A DNA stretch of 64,000 bases from an uncultured Pelagibacteraceae bacterium (GTDB lineage: Bacteria > Pseudomonadota > Alphaproteobacteria > Pelagibacterales > Pelagibacteraceae): contig CABXYU010000004.1 in assembly GCA_902516625.1 (NCBI GenBank), forward strand, positions 473 to 64,472, in the 5' to 3' direction. Under the pieces are notes generated by a model that did not search any database, had not been told where the DNA came from, and saw only the letters and a program-made list of their open reading frames with translations. The translations under genes were made by a program, and so were the position numbers. Shown here one piece after another: positions 42,421-52,384 of the stretch (the first letter of the stretch is position 1; each line of letters starts with the position of its first letter).

Positions 42421-42960
42421 TATTTGTTCTATTTTTTTTACTAATTTATTAGATGTTGGATTTGTGAATGATGAAAAAACATCTTCTATTTTTCCTTGCT
42501 TATTTATCAAAATTTTATGAAAATTCCACTTCGGAACTGCTGAGTTACCATGATTTTTTTTTGCCCATTTGAATATTTCATGAGCATTTTCACCTTTTAC
42601 ATCTATTATAGCTGAAAGTGGAAAATCTATGTTAAAATTAACTTCACAAAATTTTTTTACCTCATTATTATCTTTTTTTTCTTGATTAAAGGAATTTGAG
42701 GGAATGCCCAATACAATTAAACCTTTTGATTTGTATTGATCCCATAATTTTTGAAGATCAGAATATTGATTTGTAAAACCACAATAGCTAGCTGTATTAA
42801 CCATTAAGATAACTTTATTCTTATAGTCATTAAGATCAATAATCTTACCATTAATACTTTCTAATTTAAAATCATAAAAAATTTTTTCATAATTGGCCAT
42901 TACTGAATTTTTAAAAAAAAACATTACAAGTGTCAGTCCGATAAGTAAAATTTTATTCAT
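42415..42960 (-). CDS. Glutathione peroxidase-family protein (Cys type)
   Basis: NTASYCGFT, PSNSFNQE, PKWNFHK. Confidence 0.9.
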   Translation of the reverse strand: MNKILLIGLTLVMFFFKNSVMANYEKIFYDFKLESINGKIIDLNDYKNKVILMVNTASYCGFTNQYSDLQKLWDQYKSKGLIVLGIPSNSFNQEKKDNNEVKKFCEVNFNIDFPLSAIIDVKGENAHEIFKWAKKNHGNSAVPKWNFHKILINKQGKIEDVFSSFTNPTSNKLVKKIEQIL

Positions 42961-42969
42961 TAAATTTTA

Positions 42970-44142
42970 TTATTTATTTGGGGTAAGTAATATCAGGAAG
43001 TAGCCAGCTAATGTGGATAATAATGACCCAGTCAAAACACCAATTTTTACACCATCCATGTACTCCATATTTTCAACAAACGCTAAATTTCCCACGAAGA
43101 GACTCATTGTGAATCCAATCCCAGTTAAAATTCCTACACCGTAAAAATTGTACCAATTTGAATTATTAGGCATTTGTGCAATTTTCATTTTAATAGATAT
43201 ATATGAAAAAACAAATACACCTAATTGCTTACCTAGGAAAAGTCCTAGTAAAATCCCTAAAGGCACTTTGTCTAATAAAGAAGCAAAAGACAATCCCTCC
43301 AATGAAACTCCAGCATTAGCGAAAGCAAATAATGGCATTATTCCAAATGCAACATAAGGGCTAATCGCATGCTCTACTTTAATTAGTAAAGAAAAATCTT
43401 TTTCTTTTTTTCTATGAGGGATGGTCATTCCCAACAGGACACCAGCTATAGTCGCATGAATACCTGAATTATGAGTAAAATCCCAGAGGAACAATCCCAC
43501 TATTAAGTAAGGTAAAAATTTTTTAATATTAAATTTATTAATTATTAACAAGAAAATGAAAGCTAATAGCATTAAACTTAAATATTTTAGACTTAAATCT
43601 CCAGAATAAAATACTGCGATAATGACTATCGCTCCTAAATCATCAATTATTGCTAAAGCAGTTAGAAAAACTTTTAGAGACAAAGGTACTCTTTTTCCCA
43701 ATAATGACAAGACCCCTAAAGAAAAAGCAATGTCGGTAGCTGATGGTATTGCCCATCCATTTAAAGTTTTAGCATCATCAAAATTAATATAAACATAAAT
43801 TAGAGCTGGAATTACCATCCCTCCAACTGCTGCTATAATTGGTAATAGGGCCTGTTTAATATTAGAAAGTTCTCCCTGTAAAAATTCTCTTTTAATTTCC
43901 AAAGTTACAAAGAAAAAAAATACAGCCATTAAAGCGTCATTTATCCAATGAAGAACACTCAGTTTTAAACCAAACTCATTGACCCCAATAAATAAATATT
44001 TATCTAAAGTAGAAAAATAGATGTTTGATAGGTAAGAATTACTAATTATCAAGGCTATTATTGCTGCAAAAAGTAGTACTAGACCGCTTGCAGCTTCAAG
44101 TTTAAAAAACCATTTAAAAGGTTTTGATAAATAATTAATCAT
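42970..44142 (-). CDS. nhaA: Na+/H+ antiporter NhaA
   Basis: WINDALM, ATDIAF, LAIIDDLGA, GIGFTMS. Confidence 0.95.
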   Translation of the reverse strand: MINYLSKPFKWFFKLEAASGLVLLFAAIIALIISNSYLSNIYFSTLDKYLFIGVNEFGLKLSVLHWINDALMAVFFFFVTLEIKREFLQGELSNIKQALLPIIAAVGGMVIPALIYVYINFDDAKTLNGWAIPSATDIAFSLGVLSLLGKRVPLSLKVFLTALAIIDDLGAIVIIAVFYSGDLSLKYLSLMLLAFIFLLIINKFNIKKFLPYLIVGLFLWDFTHNSGIHATIAGVLLGMTIPHRKKEKDFSLLIKVEHAISPYVAFGIMPLFAFANAGVSLEGLSFASLLDKVPLGILLGLFLGKQLGVFVFSYISIKMKIAQMPNNSNWYNFYGVGILTGIGFTMSLFVGNLAFVENMEYMDGVKIGVLTGSLLSTLAGYFLILLTPNK

Positions 44143-44144
44143 AA

Positions 44145-44618
44145 TTAAGTTAAATCTTTTATAAACAGGCTTATATCTTTAAGAGTTTCAAACAAATTAT
44201 AATATATTAATTCTAAATATGGAAAAATATCAAATATGAGTGATTTAAAAGTATCTACAACTATTATCAATGCAATAAAAGAAACTATTAAAACTAGAAT
44301 ATATGACAAAAAATGACTTAAACGAAATTTGGGTTTTGTTTTTTTTCTATTTTCGATTGATCTTTTATTTTTATCAACCTCTTTATTATTAATTATCTCT
44401 CTAGACTTTCTAGATATTGGTAATTCAATTTCTTTTTCTTGAAATAATGAAAATGATTCTTGTTCTTTTTGTATATCCTTTCTTGGTTTTATTTGATCTT
44501 TTATATTAAAAAACCAGATATGATTACAGGAGCCACACTGTAAATTACGACCTTCGCTTGGAATCAAGTCAGAATTAACTTTAAAAGTTTTGGAACAGTT
44601 AATACACTCAATATTCAT
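44145..44618 (-). CDS. Zinc-ribbon (MJ0042-type) membrane-anchored protein
   Basis: CINC...GRNLQCGSCNHIW plus C-terminal TM helix. Confidence 0.75.
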   Translation of the reverse strand: MNIECINCSKTFKVNSDLIPSEGRNLQCGSCNHIWFFNIKDQIKPRKDIQKEQESFSLFQEKEIELPISRKSREIINNKEVDKNKRSIENRKKTKPKFRLSHFLSYILVLIVSFIALIIVVDTFKSLIFDIFPYLELIYYNLFETLKDISLFIKDLT

Positions 44619-44711
44619 ATTGGTTATATATCAGATTCTATCAAAATTACCTTTATTTATACAATCTTTCCACTTTTAAATATTTAATAAGTGCTGTATT
44701 AGTAATCCACT

Positions 44712-44788
<77 letters not shown>

Positions 44789-44797
44789 TCATTATTT

Positions 44798-45079
44798 ATG
44801 AGAAAAGCTAAAATTTACATTCCAAATAAAAGTGCCATGCAATCAGGATTGGGTAAAACTGATAAATGGATTTTAGAATATGAAACCAAAGATCCAATTA
44901 AAAATCCTTTAATGGGTTGGGAGAGTTCATTAGACACTTATACCGAAATTAGACTTGAATTTTCATCGAAGGAATTAGCTATAAACTATGCTAAAAAATT
45001 GAAAATAAATTACGAAATTATTGAGCCAAAAAAAAGAAAAACTGTTAAAAAATCTTATGCTGATAACTTTTTAAATTAA
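44798..45079 (+). CDS. Complex I accessory subunit (NDUFS4-like)
   Basis: AMQSG, NPLMGW, KSYADNF. Confidence 0.88.
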   Translation: MRKAKIYIPNKSAMQSGLGKTDKWILEYETKDPIKNPLMGWESSLDTYTEIRLEFSSKELAINYAKKLKINYEIIEPKKRKTVKKSYADNFLN

Positions 45080-45086
45080 TAAATCA

Positions 45087-46124
45087 ATGATAAAAAGTTT
45101 TTTTTATAATAAAGAGTGGCGACTTTGGTCGTGGGGTGGTCTGTTTGTTTTAATTATCTCACTTTGGATACAAGTAAGTTTAACTGTTGCTATAAATACA
45201 TGGTATGGTGGGTTTTATGATTTACTTCAAAATGCTGGGGATTATAAAGATAATCCTTTAGACGGAATTTCAATATTTTATGCGAAGCTAGTTTCGGTAC
45301 AATATACCCTAAGTGGATTTGAGGGAGACATTTCTTTTGCAGAAATTGTTTTTCCTTATATATTCGTTGCTATCTTTACAGGTTGGTTTACCAGAATTTA
45401 TGGATTGAAATGGCGTGAAGCTATGACGTTTAGCTATATACCCAGATGGCAATCTGTTGAAGAAGAGATAGAAGGAGCTAGTCAAAGAATTCAAGATGAT
45501 TGTTATAAATTTGCTAAAATAGTAGAATCATTAGGTTTACAGGTAATAAGAGCTATTATGACTCTGATAGCATTTATACCAATTTTATGGGGTTTGAGTG
45601 ATAAAGTAGATATTCCAATTCTAAGAGATATTGAAGGATCTCTAGTTTGGTTCTCATTAATTGTTTCATTAGGTGGATTAATAATTTCTTGGTTTGTTGG
45701 TATAAAGCTACCAGGTCTTGAATATAATAACCAAAGAGTTGAAGCAGCTTTTAGAAAAGATTTAGTTTTGGGTGAAGATAATAAAAAAGATTACGCTCAA
45801 ACAAATGTTCTTAAAGATTTATTTACAGGTATAAAATATAATTATAATAGACTATTTTTACATTATGGATATTTTGATGGCTGGATGACAACTTACGACC
45901 AATTTATGATCATTGCTCCATATTTAATAATGGGACCAGGTTTATTTACAGGATTAATCACTTTAGGTGTATTAGTGCAAGTTTCTAATGCTTTTGCCAG
46001 AGTACATGGTGGTTTTGCTTTATTTCTTCATAATTGGACTACAATAACTGAATTAAGAAGTATTTATAAACGTTTGAGTGAATTTGAGTATAATCTTGAA
46101 AGATATGCAAAGGTTAGAGTTTAA
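45087..46124 (+). CDS. SbmA/BacA-like peptide transporter
   Basis: WREAM, EGASQRIQDD, NNQRVEAAFRK, ELRSIYKRL. Confidence 0.85.
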   Translation: MIKSFFYNKEWRLWSWGGLFVLIISLWIQVSLTVAINTWYGGFYDLLQNAGDYKDNPLDGISIFYAKLVSVQYTLSGFEGDISFAEIVFPYIFVAIFTGWFTRIYGLKWREAMTFSYIPRWQSVEEEIEGASQRIQDDCYKFAKIVESLGLQVIRAIMTLIAFIPILWGLSDKVDIPILRDIEGSLVWFSLIVSLGGLIISWFVGIKLPGLEYNNQRVEAAFRKDLVLGEDNKKDYAQTNVLKDLFTGIKYNYNRLFLHYGYFDGWMTTYDQFMIIAPYLIMGPGLFTGLITLGVLVQVSNAFARVHGGFALFLHNWTTITELRSIYKRLSEFEYNLERYAKVRV

Positions 46125-46297
46125 TGAGTGAAACTACATTATTTTTGTTAATTACTTTATTTATAGTCTTTATTATTTATGCTGTTCACGTATATGACAA
46201 AATATTAGTTAAACGTATTAATGAACATGAAGAGAAACTAGAAAAAAAAGGAATATTAAAAAGACATTATTATAAAAAAGATAATGACAATAGATAA
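46124..46297 (+). CDS. Unannotated 57-aa single-pass membrane protein
   Basis: Hand translation MSETTLFLLITLFIVFIIYAVHVYDKILVKRINEHEEKLEKKGILKRHYYKKDNDNR; TAATG coupling to the sbmA-like gene; overlaps glpX start. Confidence 0.7.
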   Translation: MSETTLFLLITLFIVFIIYAVHVYDKILVKRINEHEEKLEKKGILKRHYYKKDNDNR

Positions 46298-47225
46298 TAA
46301 ATTAGAAAATTTATTTTTAAACGTTTCTAGTAGAGCCGCCTTATCATCATATCGATTAGTTGGAAAAAAAGATAAGATTGCTGCTGACAAGGCTGCTGTT
46401 GATACAATGAGAAATGAATTAAATAAAATTAATATGAAAGGAAAAATTGTAATAGGTGAGGGTGAACTTGATGAAGCTCCAATGCTTTTTATTGGAGAGA
46501 AACTAGGCACAAATAAAGGCCCTGAATTAGATATAGCGGTTGATCCTTTAGAAGGTACAAATTTTGCTGCAAATAACCTTCCGGGTGCTTTATCGGTTAT
46601 ATCCGTTGCAAATAAGAATAATCTTTTTAATGCTCCAGAGACTTACATGGACAAAATTTCAGTTAATTTATCAGATCCAAATATTGTTGATTTAGACTAT
46701 CCTATAAAAAAGAATATATTTAATTTGGCTGAATACAAAAATAAAAAACCCGAAAATTTGACTGTATGTATTTTGGATCGTCCTAGGCATAAAGAAATAA
46801 TCAATGAATTAAAAAAATTAAATGTTAAGATAAAACTAATAACTGATGGTGATGTCTCTGGAGCTCTTCTAGTCACAGATAAAAAGTATGGTGTTGATTT
46901 ATTTCTTGGTATAGGTGGTGGACCGGAAGGTGTATTAGCAGCATCGGCTTTAGACGCATTTGAATGTAACTTTCAAGGCAGATTTTTATTCAAAACTGAA
47001 AAAGATAAGGAAAGGGCTTCTAAAATGGGTATAAAAGACTTTGAAAAAAAATATGAATTAAATGAAATAGTTTCTGGTGACTCAATATTTTGTGCGACAG
47101 GAATTACCTCTGGGGATTTAGTAAAGGGTATTAAAATCGAAGAAGATGAATTTATTTCTGAAACTTTAATTACTCACAAATCATCTGGATTAAAAAAGAT
47201 TATAAAAATAAAACAAAAAATTTGA
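46284..47225 (+). CDS. glpX: Class II fructose-1,6-bisphosphatase
   Basis: VIGEGELDEAPML, DPLEGT, DRPRH, GGGPEG, ATGIT. Confidence 0.94.
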   Translation: MTIDNKLENLFLNVSSRAALSSYRLVGKKDKIAADKAAVDTMRNELNKINMKGKIVIGEGELDEAPMLFIGEKLGTNKGPELDIAVDPLEGTNFAANNLPGALSVISVANKNNLFNAPETYMDKISVNLSDPNIVDLDYPIKKNIFNLAEYKNKKPENLTVCILDRPRHKEIINELKKLNVKIKLITDGDVSGALLVTDKKYGVDLFLGIGGGPEGVLAASALDAFECNFQGRFLFKTEKDKERASKMGIKDFEKKYELNEIVSGDSIFCATGITSGDLVKGIKIEEDEFISETLITHKSSGLKKIIKIKQKI

Positions 47226-47285
47226 TACTTTAATAATTAAAAAAACTTGATAAATAATACTTTTTACACTACAAAGCACCTTTTT

Positions 47286-47360
47286 GGTCCCTTCGTCTAT
47301 CGGTTAGGACACGTGGTTTTCATCCTCGAAAGAGGGGTTCGATTCCCCTAGGGACCGCCA
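47286..47360 (+). tRNA. tRNA-Glu(UUC)
   Basis: Cloverleaf; anticodon arm CGTGG-TTTTCAT-CCTCG; CCA end. Confidence 0.95.
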
Positions 47361-47364
47361 TAAA

Positions 47365-47631
47365 ATGAAATTTTTTGTATATATGCTCATTTCAAAGAAA
47401 AAGAGCAAATATTTTTCTTATGTTGGTTACAGCAAAGACTTAAAAAAAAGACTATATTTACATAATACTTCAAAAGGAGCTAAATACACAAAAGGTAAAA
47501 AATGGAAATTGATTTACAAAAAAGGCTTTTCGACAAAATCAATAGCTTTAAAAGAGGAGTATAAGCTAAAAAATGATTATCATTTAAGAAATAAATTAAA
47601 AAGAAGATATATTAAAGATGCTGAAGTATAA
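47365..47631 (+). CDS. Stand-alone GIY-YIG nuclease (UPF0213-like)
   Basis: FVYML..SYVGY..RL..HN..KGAKYT..E. Confidence 0.85.
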   Translation: MKFFVYMLISKKKSKYFSYVGYSKDLKKRLYLHNTSKGAKYTKGKKWKLIYKKGFSTKSIALKEEYKLKNDYHLRNKLKRRYIKDAEV

Positions 47632-48211
47632 AAAAATAAAAGGCAATTTAGTTCACAAAACAGCTGTAATTGACTGGAGTAAATTAATTATAGGCAAGGG
47701 TAATAAAATAGGACCTTACGTTATAATTGGAAATGATCCGCAACATCCAAAGTCAAAAAGTAAGGGAAAAATTTTTATAGGTAATAACAATACTTTTAAT
47801 GAATTTTGTAATATTCATTTACCAACAAAGATCAAAAAAAAAACAATAATTGGTGACAATAATTATTTTATGAATGCCTCAACAATAGATCACGACTGTA
47901 TCATCGAAGATAATGTAATTTTATCAAGTAACACAATTTTAGGAGGCAATGTCATTATAATGAAAAATTCTCAATTAGGTATTGGGGTTACTGTGCATCA
48001 AAATCAAATAATTGGCTCATATGTTATGATTGGAATGAAGTCGTTAATAACCAAAAAATTAAAAGTCAAACCGGGTTATATGTATTATGGAAAACCCGCA
48101 AAAATGATAAAAAAAAATTTAGTTGGTATAAAAAGAAATAAAATAACTGAAGAAATATTAAAAAAAGAATATAAAAGATTTTTAGATCTTAAAAGAAAAA
48201 ATGAAAAATAA
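47618..48211 (+). CDS. Left-handed beta-helix acyl/acetyltransferase, LpxA-like
   Basis: Hexapeptide repeats; IGNDPQ, NEFCNIH, TIIGDNNYFM, DHDC. Confidence 0.75.
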   Translation: MLKYKKIKGNLVHKTAVIDWSKLIIGKGNKIGPYVIIGNDPQHPKSKSKGKIFIGNNNTFNEFCNIHLPTKIKKKTIIGDNNYFMNASTIDHDCIIEDNVILSSNTILGGNVIIMKNSQLGIGVTVHQNQIIGSYVMIGMKSLITKKLKVKPGYMYYGKPAKMIKKNLVGIKRNKITEEILKKEYKRFLDLKRKNEK

Positions 48212-50282
48212 AATTGCTATATTATTGCCCTATAAAGAAAATTATAACATAGATAAAGCTGGTGCTGCTTCGATATGGGTAAAGGATTATCTAAAACTAA
48301 GTAATTTAAAAAAAAAAACAATAGTATACGGAAGTCTTGATCGTAAACTAAAACCTTTAACTAATAATTTTAAGAACATTGACATAAGTAAGACAATTTT
48401 AAGTAAAAATATTTATTACACAAAACAACTATTAAAAGAGTACCAAAAAAATAAATTCTCAATAATAGAGATACACAACAGGCCAGAATCTCTTCTTTAT
48501 ATGATCAAAAATAAAGTTTCTTCTAAACTAATATTTGTTTTTCACAATAACCCTCAAGACATGAGAGGCTCAGTTTCTATTAAAGAAAGAATTTTCTTAG
48601 CTGAAAATACTGATTATATTTATTTTGTAAGCAACTGGGTTAAAAAAAAATTTTTTGAAGGCTTGCCTTATGAAAATAGAAATAATTGCGAGATTTTATA
48701 CCCAGCAATTAAACAGCTTAAAAGATTTCCAAAAAAAAATAAAACAATTATCTTCTGTGGTAAATTAAATTCATCAAAAGGTTTTGATATCTTTGGAAAA
48801 GCTACAATTAGAGTATTGACTGAATTTAAAGATTGGAATGCAATAGCAATCGGGAACGAACCGAGAGAAAAATATATATTTAAACATAAAAATTTTAAAA
48901 TTCTTGATTGGGTAAAACATCAGGATATTTTAAAATATTACTCAAAATCCTCAATATCGATTGTACCATCAAAATGGCAAGAACCATTCGGTAGAACAGC
49001 AATGGAGTCTGCAGCACATGGCTGTGCGACTATTACTAGTAATAAAGGTGGTCTGATTGAAACTTTTAAAAATGATCTAGTATTGAAAAATTTAAATCAT
49101 ATAGAACTATATAAAATTATTAAAAAGTTAATTTTAAATAAGACTTTACTTAAAAAGATTCAAAGAAAAAATTTTTTAAATGTTGTTCACAAACTTGAAC
49201 ATAAAGTAATTAAAATTGATAGACTTAAAAATTTCTTATTAAAACCAAAGATTAACTTTTTAAATAAGTCAAAATATAAGATTTTACATATCTCACAGTT
49301 CGATGAACGTAATAATTTTAGACTATTTAATATTTCCATTGCTAATAAAATTTCTAAGGGTTTTATCAGAAACGGACACGATGTAATTAATCTAAGTTAT
49401 AGAAATTATATAAATAAAAATTTACTTAAAGATAGATTTGAATTTATAAATGAAAAAATTAAATCAATTGTTGAAAATTATAGACCCTCTTTAATTGTGC
49501 TAGGACATAACAATGTTCTGACAAGAAATACGATTGAACAAATAAAGAAAAGATATAGTACAAAAATATCATTATGGTATGAGGATGCTTTAGGTGAAAG
49601 AGGAGAGGGCCCTAATTGGCAAAAAAATCTAAAGCTTATTGAAAAAAATAGCGATCTCATCGATAGCTATTTTACTACAACTCATCCTGATGAAATCAAA
49701 TCAGTAATAAAAAAAAATAAGATGCATTTTTTACCCATTCCAGTTGATGAAAATATTGAAGATCTCGAACTTTACAAAATTCATGATAAATTTAAGGATC
49801 TTTTCTTTGCCCTAAGTCATGGAGTAAATTTTGGGAAACTTAAAAAAAGAAAAATTGATGAAAGAGAAAAATTTATTAATTCATTAATGAATAAATTTCC
49901 AAATTTAAATTACAATATACTAGGAATGGCTAATGAAAATCCAAAATGGAATTATGATTTCTATAACGAATTAGCTAAGTGTAAGATCGCTTTGAACTTA
50001 AGCAGGGGTTTGCCAATAAAATATACCTCTAGCAACAGAATAGCATCTCTAATAGGGAATGGAATCTATACCTTTGTTGATAAAAAAACTCAATTAAGTG
50101 ATTTTTTTAGTGAGGACGAGGTTGGTACTTACATTTCTATTGACGAATTAGGTAATAAGATAGAAAAATTGTTATCAAAACCAAGTTTAATAAATAAATA
50201 TGCTCAAAACGGCTGTAGAAAATATTTCAAATTATTTAATAATAAGATCATCACTGCAAAAATGATTGATAGAACTTTCTAA
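48201..50282 (+). CDS. Two-module glycosyltransferase (GT4-like plus second GT-B-like module)
   Basis: IHNRP, PSKWQEPFGRTAME; second module with IALNLSR...YTSSNRI. Confidence 0.8.
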   Translation: MKNKIAILLPYKENYNIDKAGAASIWVKDYLKLSNLKKKTIVYGSLDRKLKPLTNNFKNIDISKTILSKNIYYTKQLLKEYQKNKFSIIEIHNRPESLLYMIKNKVSSKLIFVFHNNPQDMRGSVSIKERIFLAENTDYIYFVSNWVKKKFFEGLPYENRNNCEILYPAIKQLKRFPKKNKTIIFCGKLNSSKGFDIFGKATIRVLTEFKDWNAIAIGNEPREKYIFKHKNFKILDWVKHQDILKYYSKSSISIVPSKWQEPFGRTAMESAAHGCATITSNKGGLIETFKNDLVLKNLNHIELYKIIKKLILNKTLLKKIQRKNFLNVVHKLEHKVIKIDRLKNFLLKPKINFLNKSKYKILHISQFDERNNFRLFNISIANKISKGFIRNGHDVINLSYRNYINKNLLKDRFEFINEKIKSIVENYRPSLIVLGHNNVLTRNTIEQIKKRYSTKISLWYEDALGERGEGPNWQKNLKLIEKNSDLIDSYFTTTHPDEIKSVIKKNKMHFLPIPVDENIEDLELYKIHDKFKDLFFALSHGVNFGKLKKRKIDEREKFINSLMNKFPNLNYNILGMANENPKWNYDFYNELAKCKIALNLSRGLPIKYTSSNRIASLIGNGIYTFVDKKTQLSDFFSEDEVGTYISIDELGNKIEKLLSKPSLINKYAQNGCRKYFKLFNNKIITAKMIDRTF

Positions 50283-50291
50283 AACTGTTTT

Positions 50292-51374
50292 ATGATAAAA
50301 TTTTTAGATATTAATAATCAAGATAAACAAATATTAAATTTAATATATTCAGATATTAGAAAAATAATTAAAAAAAATAATTTTATTTTAGGGGAACAAG
50401 TAACAAAATTTGAAAATAAATTCTCAATCCTTTGTGGCAGCAAATACTCAATTAGTTGTGCTAATGGTACTGATGCACTTCTAATAGCTCTTAAGAGTTT
50501 AGACTTACCCAAGAACAGTGAAGTTATATTACCTGCTATGACCTATTGTTCTACTGCATTTGCTGTAATTAATGCTGGGTTAAAACCTATTTTAGTAGAC
50601 GTAGATTATTTGAGTCCACTTCTTAACTTGCAGAATTTAAAAAATAAAATAACAAAAAAAACTAAAGTCATAATGCCAGTTCATCTTTATGGTTCTGTTG
50701 TAAATATTCCTTTAATTAGAAAAATACTAAATAATAAAAAGATTTTTATAATTGATGATTGTTCACAAGCCCACGGCGCTAAATTTTATAAAAAGAAAGT
50801 AGGATCGATGGCTGACATTTCATGTTTTAGCCTTTATCCAGGTAAAAATTTAGGTGCTTATGGAGATGCAGGAGTGATTACTACCAATAATAGAAGTTTA
50901 AATATTAAAATGAAAAATTACAGGAATTTAGGCTCCTTGCAAAAATTTAAACATACTCAAATTGGAGTAAATAGTAGGCTCGATACTTTACAGGCAGCAA
51001 TTTTATTAAGAAAATTACCTTTGTTGAATAAATATAACAATAAAAGAAACAAAATAGCTAAATATTATGATTTAAAGATTAATAACACTAAGATTAAAAA
51101 ACTAAATTATGTTGATGGTGCAGTTTATCATCAATATGTTATTCTCTCAAATAATAGAAAAAAACTCACTGACCTTTTAAAGAAAAATAATATACAATTT
51201 GGTTTCCATTACCCATATCCAATTCATAAATTGCAAGCACTAAGGAAATATTTTAGAAAACAAAAATATAAAAATGCGGAGATGCTTGCTAGCAAAGGTA
51301 TCAGTTTACCAATTGATCCCAATCTAAGTAAAAAAAATCAAGATAAAATAATTAAAGTTTTAAATAGTTTCTAA
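50292..51374 (+). CDS. DegT/DnrJ/EryC1/StrS sugar aminotransferase
   Basis: NGTDAL, VHLYG, DCSQAHGA, SLYPGKNLGAYGDAG, NSRLD. Confidence 0.92.
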   Translation: MIKFLDINNQDKQILNLIYSDIRKIIKKNNFILGEQVTKFENKFSILCGSKYSISCANGTDALLIALKSLDLPKNSEVILPAMTYCSTAFAVINAGLKPILVDVDYLSPLLNLQNLKNKITKKTKVIMPVHLYGSVVNIPLIRKILNNKKIFIIDDCSQAHGAKFYKKKVGSMADISCFSLYPGKNLGAYGDAGVITTNNRSLNIKMKNYRNLGSLQKFKHTQIGVNSRLDTLQAAILLRKLPLLNKYNNKRNKIAKYYDLKINNTKIKKLNYVDGAVYHQYVILSNNRKKLTDLLKKNNIQFGFHYPYPIHKLQALRKYFRKQKYKNAEMLASKGISLPIDPNLSKKNQDKIIKVLNSF

Positions 51375-52349
51375 AAACTTTAATATTTTAAGTGAAAATA
51401 AAAAGTCAGTAATAGGCCTATCCTTTTTTTTCAATTTTAAAAAATATTTTATTTCATTTAGAAGTGACTGAGAGGACTTTATCTTAGGTGAAAAATTTTT
51501 ACCTAAGTAGATCAAAGCTTTTGCTTCAAAAAATTTTTTATTAAATTCGTGGATTTTGGGATATTTTGCATATTTATTATATATTCTGATAGGATTTACT
51601 AAATCCATTTCATCAAAGGAAAGCATTTTTTTTGAACCAACAATATTAATTTTTCTTATTTTAGTTGGGTTGATCCAATTATTATTAATATCGATGAAAG
51701 TATTATCAAGTTTCATATGTAGGTTTGAAATATCGCAAAGATTCTTTTTTAATATGGGATATTTTATGTGGGAAATTTTTTTTGGCAATTTACCAAATAA
51801 AAATAATATAATACTTAAATCATGAGAAGTTAAATCATAGGTTACATCAACATCATTTCTTATTGGACCTAAATTTTGTCTTTGAAAGTTAATATATAAA
51901 AGTTTTCCCAAAACATTTTTTGATATTATTTTTTTAATATATTTTATATGGTCACTAAAACAGTAAACATAACCAAACATTACTCGACTATTAAATTTTT
52001 TGTTCAATTTGATCAATTTATTCAGATCAGAAGATTTGTTTACGCCTGGTTTTTCAAGAAAAATTATTTTGTTGTTTATAATAGCTTGTTTTACTAAACT
52101 ATAATTCATTGAAGGAGGAGTCGCAAAAAAAAGATTTGTTAAATCTTTATCAAATAATATTTTGCTATAATTTTTAATTATTTTAACGGTATTGTATTTT
52201 TTTTTTAATGCATGTAAATTTTTTGCACTAGAATCGTATATAAAAATATTCTTTAAACCTAATTCAATTAAAGTTTTAGTAATAATTGTCCCCCAATATC
52301 CACAACCAATTATTGCTATTTTTTTATCTTTGTTAATTATGGTATTCAT
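51360..52349 (-). CDS. Gfo/Idh/MocA-family NAD-dependent oxidoreductase
   Basis: GCGYWG, ATPP, LEKP, DLTSHD. Confidence 0.88.
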   Translation of the reverse strand: MNTIINKDKKIAIIGCGYWGTIITKTLIELGLKNIFIYDSSAKNLHALKKKYNTVKIIKNYSKILFDKDLTNLFFATPPSMNYSLVKQAIINNKIIFLEKPGVNKSSDLNKLIKLNKKFNSRVMFGYVYCFSDHIKYIKKIISKNVLGKLLYINFQRQNLGPIRNDVDVTYDLTSHDLSIILFLFGKLPKKISHIKYPILKKNLCDISNLHMKLDNTFIDINNNWINPTKIRKINIVGSKKMLSFDEMDLVNPIRIYNKYAKYPKIHEFNKKFFEAKALIYLGKNFSPKIKSSQSLLNEIKYFLKLKKKDRPITDFLFSLKILKFLETI

Positions 52350-52384
52350 TTAATAAATCTTTTATAAGAAGGTATACTAGCAAA

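Noticed and set aside
42415-42960. Possible selenocysteine glutathione peroxidase
   Set aside because: The active-site codon is Cys (TASYCG) with no in-frame TGA
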